DNA of 64,000 nucleotides from an uncultured Planctomycetia bacterium (GTDB lineage Bacteria; Omnitrophota; Gorgyraeia; 1-14-0-20-64-10): NCBI GenBank assembly GCA_964373715.1, contig CAYJVR010000008.1, positions 8,468 to 72,467 of the forward strand, read 5' to 3'. Shown piece by piece: positions 56,708 to 64,000 of this stretch (position 1 is its first letter; each line of letters starts with the position of its first letter). The notes under the pieces were generated by a model. It saw only the letters and a program-made list of their open reading frames with translations, ran no database searches and was not told where the DNA came from. The position numbers and the translations under genes were made by a program.

Positions 56708-58707
56708 GCCATGACGAAGAGTGATATCTTATACTTCTGCCAAAACGTCTGCGGCAGTTTCACGGTGGGATACTCGATCTTCAGTTCCTTTTCCTGGAAC
56801 GAGTAGAGATTGCCCTTTCCATCGCTTAATGCGATGTTCCCCTTTAAACCCAGGAAACTACCTCCTTGCCCGAGCGAACTCAAGAAGGTCAGAAGTGCCT
56901 GTTTCCCATCCCCTCCTACATAGGTGCCCAGCAATATATTCCTCCCGTCATTTCGGAAAAGCTCCAGAACCCCCAAGGGCACTCCACCCTTTAGACTCCA
57001 CAGCACCCGCCCCGTTCCGTAATCCCGAACACGGAAAGCATCATGAGGCACCAGCGGCGGAGAGAATTCCAGCAGCTCCAAATCCTTAAGTGAGAGAACA
57101 GCAATGAGATCCTTCTTCTCTTCAGGACTCAGCCATCCCACGCGAAGAGGCGGGTAGATCTCCTTTCCCACCCGGGTTTTCCAGTAAAGAGAAAGGAGAT
57201 TGCCTGCAATTTGGACCTCTTCCAGCGTCGGCAGGGACCGAGAAAACATCTCACAAGAAGACGCCCGAATACACCAGGGCAGATCCTCAAAAAGGGCAGC
57301 CGTCTCTCTCTCGCCTGTCCCATCGAAGTAGGACGTATCGTCAATAGTTCCCTTAAATTGGGAAAGTATAACCCCCTGCTTGCACCTTTCATCCGACGGA
57401 AGGTAGGAGAACTCGACGCCGAGTGAATTCTCTCTTTTTAAGAGGTGAGACGGAAGATGAACATAAAACCCATCTATTTGATCCCCTGTGAGGCTGAAGC
57501 TTTTGACAAATAAATCATTCAGGTACACGACCAGCGACACGGTTTCTTTATTGGCATTCACAGGGGTGTGATGCCCAGAAAGGACAAAGGCCAAATCTTT
57601 AGGAATTTTCGGGAAATGGGCGAGACTGAAGAAAAAATTAAAACGCATCGGTCCTCCCGCCTCCGCAGAAAATGTGGGGACGCCAAGCTCCTTCAGGGCA
57701 ATCCTCTCCTTCTCCGGTTCCTTCTCGGCAACATAAGGCTCGGTCCCTTGAACGATAAGAAAATCTCCGAAAGCACTTTTGCGAACATCCTCTTCCAAAA
57801 AAGCCTTCACGCCATTCATCATCCGGGCAGAGTCTTTGCCTGTGATAACCAGCGTGCTTCGAGTTTTACCCCGAAGAGTTTTTTTCTCGATCAGCCTGAG
57901 TTGCGGCGACTCATCCGCTTCGCCCCCAAAAACCCCTTCCGCAATCACGATAGAATGGCTCTCCAGGGAGCTGTCCAGCCAGCTTTTGAGATCGCGGAAC
58001 TCTCTGCCGGTTATGCTGGCTTCATCTCCCATCTCCCTTTTCAAGAACGCATAGATCCATATGGCCCCTTGGGCTTCCGTCAGAGACGGCTGTTCGGAAA
58101 CGCCTAAAATGACCTTCTTATCCCCTTTTAAAGCCGCAAGAAACTGAGAGATCGTCAAAGGACCTTCTCCCTCCTTCAAGGCCAGATGGAGATAAGCCGA
58201 GGAAGGAATAGTCACCCAAAGGGCCCTGGCTGTCGCCTCATTGCAATAGACATCGTAGAGGGGCAAGTGCACGGAAACAGTCACCTTTAAGAACTCATCT
58301 CCAGGATTGATCCATCCTTCCTTAATGGGAACCCGAAAAGAGGGTGTTTGTTCTCCGGTTTTAAGAAGGAACGCGGCGGCCGCCGAATCGTTCACCATCA
58401 CCTTGACTAGAGGTTTCTCGGATAGGACCAGAGAGGCCTCGATAGGCAACTCCAGATAGCTCTCCTCGGGGACAACGGACCTTCCGTCAATCTGAAAATA
58501 AAGGTTCTGTGATGAAGCGGGCCACTGAATGGTCACCCCTTTGGTGTAGCCGATGTCAGCCAGAGAGATATTTTTCCCTTCGAGAGAGGAGGTGGGCTGC
58601 GATCGAGGCGTCGAAGCAGATTGTTGGTATCGGCGGGGAGGGACGAGAGGCGAATCCGGGAGCTTCGGAGGTTCCGCACAAGCGATGGACAAAACCGTCA
58701 GCAACAA
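56641..58707 (-). CDS. BcsB-like periplasmic synthase partner subunit with a C-terminal TM anchor
   Basis: 688 aa. A large beta-rich periplasmic body and a single C-terminal TM helix (ISLFVMAWLLLGSFTLFLAF), encoded in an operon with a QxxRW GT2. Assigned by architecture and context. Confidence 0.4.
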   Translation of the reverse strand: MLLTVLSIACAEPPKLPDSPLVPPRRYQQSASTPRSQPTSSLEGKNISLADIGYTKGVTIQWPASSQNLYFQIDGRSVVPEESYLELPIEASLVLSEKPLVKVMVNDSAAAAFLLKTGEQTPSFRVPIKEGWINPGDEFLKVTVSVHLPLYDVYCNEATARALWVTIPSSAYLHLALKEGEGPLTISQFLAALKGDKKVILGVSEQPSLTEAQGAIWIYAFLKREMGDEASITGREFRDLKSWLDSSLESHSIVIAEGVFGGEADESPQLRLIEKKTLRGKTRSTLVITGKDSARMMNGVKAFLEEDVRKSAFGDFLIVQGTEPYVAEKEPEKERIALKELGVPTFSAEAGGPMRFNFFFSLAHFPKIPKDLAFVLSGHHTPVNANKETVSLVVYLNDLFVKSFSLTGDQIDGFYVHLPSHLLKRENSLGVEFSYLPSDERCKQGVILSQFKGTIDDTSYFDGTGERETAALFEDLPWCIRASSCEMFSRSLPTLEEVQIAGNLLSLYWKTRVGKEIYPPLRVGWLSPEEKKDLIAVLSLKDLELLEFSPPLVPHDAFRVRDYGTGRVLWSLKGGVPLGVLELFRNDGRNILLGTYVGGDGKQALLTFLSSLGQGGSFLGLKGNIALSDGKGNLYSFQEKELKIEYPTVKLPQTFWQKYKISLFVMAWLLLGSFTLFLAFRSRREART

Positions 58708-58839
58708 GAGAAAACCCGCTATAGAAAGCCGCTTAATAATATCCCCCCTCCTCTGAACAAGCCGCTTGCGCCTTTCTCTCTATACCTCCACTACCTTACT
58801 TTATACCTAAACCAAGCTTTTCCTGCAACTTAAAGCTGA

Positions 58840-60486
58840 TCACTCTTTGAAAATAATCTCGAAAAGATACTGGAGCAGTTCGAGTTCCTGGGAATCAAAC
58901 CATGTCAACCGGCAATTCCTGCACTGCTCAACCTCGACCAGGTAGACCTCGCTGTAGAATTTCAAGACAACCGTCCCGCCGCACGCCGGGCACGCCCATG
59001 GAATCGCCGGCCGGGGGGCCGAATAGAATTCCTCCCGGACACGAATCTGGTCCTTGATCGCAAGCAGGGAGTCCCCCAATCGCTTCACCGGCTCCGGGAA
59101 ATCATACTCTTGGCGGGAGAAGAGGCGCGACATCAGGTCAAGATCCGCGTAAAACCCCCCGCACGCGGGGCACCTTTGCATGGGGGCCCCTTCGTAACAC
59201 ACCGTGTTAAGGGAAATCCGGCATTTGGGGCATGAGATACCGGACCGGGGCTCTCCGAGTTTTCCGTACCGCCCGTTGAGCATCTCCAACAATTGAGGAT
59301 CTTCGTACGCGGGCTTCACCCTGCCTTCGCCCATCCTTTTTATCCAGCTGTCCGGCATCAGGTGCGCATCGTCCGCGATTTGGCCGGTCCCAAAAGGGCC
59401 CGCCCAGCGGCCGCCATCCCACATCATCCACCGGGCCAAATCCTCCTCCACCGCGACAGGAGCCGGCAAGGTCCGCGCCTGTTTCCGGTTTAACAACGCG
59501 GGCACCCCCTGCTCAAAACGGGCGGCATCCAGATGGGCCATCCCCAGCAAAAGTTTTATCCGTTTCCCGGTGGGAGGATGCGTCGAAAACAGGTTCGCCA
59601 GCACCCCCTCCCGCTCGCTCAACCGCTCTATCCCAGTATCCGTGATAAAGATGCTTGAAAACGAGTCTCCTCTTGCCCCCGCCCCCCGCCATCTTCTCGA
59701 CATGATCTCCAGCGCTTCGGCCAGGCTCAACGGGTCGCGCGTCAGCCGGACCGCTATCGAGTCGGCCCGGTATTCCTTTTCGCGCGAGATGAACATCTCC
59801 CCCATCCTTCTCGCCACGCTGGTAACCCACAACACGGCGAGAATAAACAAGACGACCGATCCCATCCGCACCCTGGCACGCAAGCTTTCATCCCCCAACT
59901 CATCCAGATTGATCATCCGCCGGAACCATTTGAGCGCCTCCTCGTGAAGCGCGAAAAGGGCGCAGAACACGCTTCCGGTCAAGCTATCGCCGCTGGCAAT
60001 ATGGGCCGCTTCGTGGCCGACCACCGATTCCAACTGCGCGCGGCTCAACACCGCCAGCGCCCCCTCCGTCACCGCAATCGCCGCCGAACCGGCGAGATCG
60101 GCAAAAGCGCAGGCGTTTACCGCCGGGGTGGGAATAACGTACGCCTGTATTTTTCTTCCGCCCATGGCCACCGAAACCTCATCGACAATGTTGATCAGTT
60201 TCGCGTGGTAAAGATCTCCCGGATCGGCCGGACGGGTCCCGATAGCCTTGACGATATGCTGAAAAATATTGCGGGTCGCGAACCACCAGTGAAGGACGCC
60301 GAAAATGAGGGAAGCCTCGAAAATCACGACAATTTCGGGGAGAGCCAGCGGGGGCAGCCCCGCCAGCACCTTGACTCCCCACACGAGGAAAAGGACCGAC
60401 CCGGTGTACAGGCAAAAAAGAGAAAAAAAGAGGAGCGCTAAACTCTTGCTTTTGCGCTCCTCAATTTCGATATGAGTAAAAGGCAT
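58840..60486 (-). CDS. M48-family zinc metallopeptidase (HtpX-like) with C-terminal tandem zinc-ribbon motifs
   Basis: HEAAH zinc motif (VVGHEAAHIASGD) and N-terminal TM helices. The C-terminus has CPKC...CPAC and CPAC...CRNC pairs. Start taken at MPFTHIEIEE. Confidence 0.75.
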   Translation of the reverse strand: MPFTHIEIEERKSKSLALLFFSLFCLYTGSVLFLVWGVKVLAGLPPLALPEIVVIFEASLIFGVLHWWFATRNIFQHIVKAIGTRPADPGDLYHAKLINIVDEVSVAMGGRKIQAYVIPTPAVNACAFADLAGSAAIAVTEGALAVLSRAQLESVVGHEAAHIASGDSLTGSVFCALFALHEEALKWFRRMINLDELGDESLRARVRMGSVVLFILAVLWVTSVARRMGEMFISREKEYRADSIAVRLTRDPLSLAEALEIMSRRWRGAGARGDSFSSIFITDTGIERLSEREGVLANLFSTHPPTGKRIKLLLGMAHLDAARFEQGVPALLNRKQARTLPAPVAVEEDLARWMMWDGGRWAGPFGTGQIADDAHLMPDSWIKRMGEGRVKPAYEDPQLLEMLNGRYGKLGEPRSGISCPKCRISLNTVCYEGAPMQRCPACGGFYADLDLMSRLFSRQEYDFPEPVKRLGDSLLAIKDQIRVREEFYSAPRPAIPWACPACGGTVVLKFYSEVYLVEVEQCRNCRLTWFDSQELELLQYLFEIIFKE

Positions 60487-60490
60487 CTGG

Positions 60491-61048
60491 TTAAATTTTG
60501 ACTTGTGGCACCTGGCGGTCGGCGGCCTCCTCAAGTGCGAAGAACTCCGCGGTCTTAAAACCGGCAACCGACGCGACGATATTCGACGGGAAACTCTGGA
60601 CCATCGTGTTGAGCCGCATCGCCTCATCGTTGTAGTACTGGCGGGCAAACGAGATCTTGTTTTCCGTTGAGGTCAGCTCCTCCTGAAGAGACAGGACATT
60701 CTGGTTCGCCTTGAGATCCGGGTAGCGCTCAACAACCGCAAAGAGGGAGCGCAGCGCCTGCGTGAGAAAATTTTCCGCCTGCGCCTTATCCTTCAAACCG
60801 GTAACGTTTATCGCCTGCGTGCGGGCCTTTACAACATTTTCCAGGGTCTGGCGCTCATGGGAGATGTACCCCTTCACCGCCGCTACCAGGTTCGGGATCA
60901 GGTCGTGCCTGCGCTTCAGCTGGACGTCAATCTGAGACCAGGCGCTGTTGACGGCCTGGCGCCTGCGGACAAGCCGGTTATACAGGACGGCGAACAGGGT
61001 GCCAATCCCGGCAACAACCGCGAATAAAACGAACGCTGGATTTTTCAA
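60491..61048 (-). CDS. lemA: LemA family protein
   Basis: 185 aa. An N-terminal TM helix and the LemA pattern (LYNRLVRRRQAVNSAWSQIDVQLKRRHDLIPNLV). Confidence 0.8.
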   Translation of the reverse strand: MKNPAFVLFAVVAGIGTLFAVLYNRLVRRRQAVNSAWSQIDVQLKRRHDLIPNLVAAVKGYISHERQTLENVVKARTQAINVTGLKDKAQAENFLTQALRSLFAVVERYPDLKANQNVLSLQEELTSTENKISFARQYYNDEAMRLNTMVQSFPSNIVASVAGFKTAEFFALEEAADRQVPQVKI

Positions 61049-61070
61049 CTCTCCCTCCTTTTCACAAACT

Positions 61071-61508
61071 TCAGTCTATGCCTAGAGGCAACCTCTCTAA
61101 AACGACCTTTATTATATCAGCTGGATTTGTTACCGGAGAACAGCTCCAGCGCGATGAGGTGATCGTTGGCGGCGGTGCTCTGTGCTGATCCACATTCTCC
61201 ACTTCCCCGATCGTCTTCACCTGCGCGAGAAAGCCATCCAACCCTTCAGGTTCCACGCTGAAATAATACGTGTTTTCGAACGGGCGCTCCGGAAACGGGA
61301 TGCGCTTTTCGGCTACTAGCTTATCAATCCCCTGCTGAATAGCAGATAGATCGTCAACACGCAATTGGATATTGGCGTAAGGCGGCAGCAGAGCATTCGT
61401 TTCCTCGGGAATAGCGCAGGCCGGCGACCCGTTTTTTGATTCCGCGTTCGCAGCGGCAACAAACGCCAGCACCACAAACAGACAACCCAACTCGAAGAAC
61501 CACCTCAT
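61071..61508 (-). CDS. Small secreted hypothetical protein
   Basis: 145 aa. Signal peptide MRWFFELGCLFVVLAFVAAANA. Confidence 0.35.
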   Translation of the reverse strand: MRWFFELGCLFVVLAFVAAANAESKNGSPACAIPEETNALLPPYANIQLRVDDLSAIQQGIDKLVAEKRIPFPERPFENTYYFSVEPEGLDGFLAQVKTIGEVENVDQHRAPPPTITSSRWSCSPVTNPADIIKVVLERLPLGID

Positions 61509-61717
61509 GCGATCTCCTTGAAAACAAAACCTCTTGGACGAACGATTTCGGAGGAAAATCCTATTTTTATTATATATCCTCCCGCTCTCTAAAAAAGCAT
61601 GGGAATATGACCTGCGTCATACGCACCCCTTTGTGCAAGATGGACAATGGGACTGTTCGATACAATCGCGGTGTGGCAAAAATACGTGTGGCAGATTCAT
61701 CCACAAGGAGGCCTACG

Positions 61718-63271
61718 ATGAAACGGATAACGTTGTTCACCGCAATCGTTTTTACGCTGGGGGCCATTTCCCCCGCGCTGGCCGTCCAGGACTCAAAAGA
61801 GGATGACGGCTTAAATCAATACGTCCCGCGCTCGGAATACGAGCAGCTTAAAAAGATGTTCGAACAGCAGCACGAGGATTACCAGCAGCTGAAGAAAGAG
61901 GTTGACTCGCTCAAACAGGCCCAGCAGAAAACACCGCAGCCGGCCGCCCAGGAAATGGCGAAGACCGCGGAAGGATCGCGCAGCGTTGAGATCTTCCCGG
62001 CCAGTGAGATCAAGCCCGGGTGGGAGCGGGCGCGGGGGCCGGGCTGGATGGAGCAGGGCCGCCTGGAAGCAAAAAGCGTGCGCATCGCCCACATGAGCGA
62101 CATAGATCTGTACATGGGACTCGATACACTCGGCCGCGTACAGGCGATCGTCCAGGACAACGTCAAGGACACGGTCGGCGCAGACGGCATTTCCTCCCGG
62201 CGGCTTCGCTCCGGCTTCCAGACCGCATACGGCAACATGTCGTTCCTCGCTGATTTCAACAAGCAGATGGAGCTGTATTTCGACATCTTCCTCGCTGACA
62301 AACCGCACCAGGACCGGCTGCAGGGGGATGAAGGGTACATGCTGATCCGGGAACTGCCGGGTCCTGTCGGAGACATTCCGCTGGTCAAGATGGTTTTCGA
62401 AAAGATCAACGTCAAGGCCGGCCAGTTCGAGACCGACTTCGGCGATTCCCATTACCGGCGCTCCAACAACGCGGCGGTCCAGCGCAACGCGCTGGTCGGC
62501 AACCCGATCATTGACCCGCGCGCGACCGAAGTCGGCATGGAGATTTACACCGACGAAGGGGCCCTGCCCTTTCCGGTCGGGGCAATGGCCGGCTTCGGCA
62601 GCGGCACCGACACGGGCGATTTCAAGAAGGGGCACCAGTATTCGCTGCGCGGAAAGCTCTGGGGCAATCCGATGGAGAAACTGCGGACGTCGGCCTCCGT
62701 CTACCAAGTCGACCATTCGGGGAACAGCAGCTCCTTCACCAACCTGTTCCGCGCGAACCGGTCGGGCGGGACGTTCGCCGGGCTGTTTGATGACGGCACC
62801 TCCCCCGGAGACATCACGCCGGGACAGGGCAAGAGGGTGTTCGCTTCCCAGTTCGACGCAACCTGGGAGGGCAACCCGGTGGAGCTCTACGGCAACATCG
62901 GGTGGTTCCAGGACACCGACACCAACGGCATCACCGTCGGAACCCCGACGGAATCGTGGCTATATTACACGGGGGAGGCAATCTACCGCTTCACGCCCCG
63001 GTTGTACGCAGCGGCCCGGTACAGCGGCGCTTCGGCCGGACAGCTCGTGTCGTCGGCCAGCAACACCGGCAGTGTGCAATCCGACGGGATGGCACATCGG
63101 ATCGAGGTGGGCGGCGGTTATTGGCTGGCGAAGACGCTCCTGCTGAAAGCCGAGTATGTTTACCAGATTTACAAAGGATTCAGCTCGAGCGGCTCTCAGG
63201 TCAGCGGCGTGGATGCCTGGAGGGACCCGTCGTTCAACGGTGTGATCACCGAGGTGTCGTTCTCGTTCTAA
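61718..63271 (+). CDS. Putative outer-membrane porin-like beta-barrel with an N-terminal coiled-coil segment
   Basis: ATG at 61718 preceded by AAGGAGG. Signal peptide MKRITLFTAIVFTLGAISPALA and a coiled-coil (EYEQLKKMFEQQHEDYQQLKKEVDSLKQ). The body is beta-rich and has an aromatic C-terminus ...VSFSF. Confidence 0.45.
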   Translation: MKRITLFTAIVFTLGAISPALAVQDSKEDDGLNQYVPRSEYEQLKKMFEQQHEDYQQLKKEVDSLKQAQQKTPQPAAQEMAKTAEGSRSVEIFPASEIKPGWERARGPGWMEQGRLEAKSVRIAHMSDIDLYMGLDTLGRVQAIVQDNVKDTVGADGISSRRLRSGFQTAYGNMSFLADFNKQMELYFDIFLADKPHQDRLQGDEGYMLIRELPGPVGDIPLVKMVFEKINVKAGQFETDFGDSHYRRSNNAAVQRNALVGNPIIDPRATEVGMEIYTDEGALPFPVGAMAGFGSGTDTGDFKKGHQYSLRGKLWGNPMEKLRTSASVYQVDHSGNSSSFTNLFRANRSGGTFAGLFDDGTSPGDITPGQGKRVFASQFDATWEGNPVELYGNIGWFQDTDTNGITVGTPTESWLYYTGEAIYRFTPRLYAAARYSGASAGQLVSSASNTGSVQSDGMAHRIEVGGGYWLAKTLLLKAEYVYQIYKGFSSSGSQVSGVDAWRDPSFNGVITEVSFSF

Positions 63272-63282
63272 GAGAGCAGAAA

Positions 63283-63951
63283 ATGAGAATCCGGATGAAA
63301 CGCGTAAGTTCGATGACGGCAGCCGTCCTGTTTGCGGCGGTTGCCGTCGTGCCGGCTTGGGCGGCCCAATCCCAGCGGTATGAACCGGAGTCTTCTTCCA
63401 GCCGCATCACGCTGGAAGGCACCTCCTCTATGCATAACTGGGAAGAGAACGGAACCGTTATACGCGGTTCCGTTGTTTTAACCGAGACCGATACCACATG
63501 TCTCTGGTTGGGAACCGCCATGCTTCACCAAACGATCTCTCCATCCGCCGGTGTAGAGATCCCGGTCAAATCGCTCACGAGCGGTAAGAACGCCATGGAC
63601 AAAAATATGTATGGGACGCTGAAAGCGGACAAGTATCCGGTCATCACCTACCGGCTCGAATCGGCCGAGATACAGCCGAACCAACCAACCCCGAAGGACC
63701 TCCCGGGCGCGGAGGTCGCCGTTAACACCACGGGAATAGTGACGGTGGCCGGCGCAGAGAAAAAGGTGCAGATCCCGATGCGGATCAAGCGCCTGCCGGA
63801 GAACCGCCTCGAGGTCAGCGGCGAGACCTCCCTGCGCATGAGCGATTTCGGCATCCCTCCACCGAAATTTATGGGGGGGTTGCTGCGCGTGGGAGACGAG
63901 ATCCGCGTCCGTTGGACGTGGGGACTCGCGCCTGCGGCGGACGAAAAATGA
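63283..63951 (+). CDS. YceI-like periplasmic protein
   Basis: Signal peptide followed by a YceI-like beta-barrel pattern (ITLEGTSSMHNWE...KYPVITYRLESAEI...). Confidence 0.7.
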   Translation: MRIRMKRVSSMTAAVLFAAVAVVPAWAAQSQRYEPESSSSRITLEGTSSMHNWEENGTVIRGSVVLTETDTTCLWLGTAMLHQTISPSAGVEIPVKSLTSGKNAMDKNMYGTLKADKYPVITYRLESAEIQPNQPTPKDLPGAEVAVNTTGIVTVAGAEKKVQIPMRIKRLPENRLEVSGETSLRMSDFGIPPPKFMGGLLRVGDEIRVRWTWGLAPAADEK

Positions 63952-64000
63952 GATGAAGAAGAAACTCTCAGGGACTATCACCCACCGCGGGGAATGTGAG

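Noticed and set aside
61436..61717. N-terminal extensions of the porin-like ORF (61436 start) and the YceI-like ORF (62902 start)
   Set aside because: Both true starts are marked by a signal peptide, and for the porin by an AAGGAGG SD (61718 and 63283 respectively). The extended frames overlap neighbouring genes.
61811..62716. 301-aa minus-strand ORF
   Set aside because: It is antisense to the plus-strand porin-like gene, which has a signal peptide, an SD and a beta-barrel C-terminus. The antisense frame has no features.
1..64000. CRISPR arrays, integrases, transposases or phage genes flanking the accessory region
   Set aside because: No repeat-spacer periodicity was seen. No tyrosine or serine recombinase motifs and no DDE transposase motifs were recognised in any frame. 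The lower-GC block at 52.5-58.7 kb has no detectable mobility genes within this window.

Overview
This is a high-GC chromosomal segment from a diderm (Gram-negative-type) bacterium, almost entirely coded on the minus strand. Positions 1-48.6 kb are dense housekeeping genes. They include a response-regulator fragment, nadE, a lipid-A/outer-membrane block (lpxI, an lpxC-fabZ fusion, lpxD, skp, bamA), dnaB, and a ribosomal/replication block (L9, S18, ssb, S6, pth, L25, prs, glmU). A solitary clpX follows, sitting beside a tRNA-Gln(UUG) and a degenerate tRNA 3'-half copy, then spoVG (carrying a Zn-ribbon insertion), ispE, an FtsH paralog, a TPR lipoprotein, an unannotated 29-aa bS22-like ribosomal peptide and hisG. 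Next come a short plus-strand pair (a SurA_N-only chaperone and maf), then nrdR, glyA, rpiB, a low-molecular-weight tyrosine phosphatase, tsaC and a complete purine operon (purE, D, M, F, Q, L, C, B). After three uncharacterised envelope proteins come pit with its DUF47 partner and the livFGMHK transporter. From about 48.6 to 58.7 kb the content becomes accessory, and by eye the GC is lower from about 52.5 kb. The first element is a compact cassette that encodes a PqqD-like RiPP recognition element, an HPr-kinase-like P-loop kinase, a PF14907-type nucleotidyltransferase and an S26-like peptidase. A strongly signalled 51-aa small ORF sits in front of the kinase. No lasso cyclase or protease is present, so the cassette is a candidate for an undescribed RRE-dependent peptide-tailoring system. 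Directly upstream on the same strand is an exopolysaccharide-type operon: a BcsB-like periplasmic protein, an outer-membrane beta-barrel, a processive GT2 synthase (QxxRW) and a GT-C-like polytopic membrane protein. The synthase carries an N-terminal MshEN-type c-di-GMP-binding domain instead of a PilZ domain. The window ends with lemA, an M48 peptidase with zinc ribbons, a putative porin and a YceI-like gene. No CRISPR array, integrase or transposase was seen.
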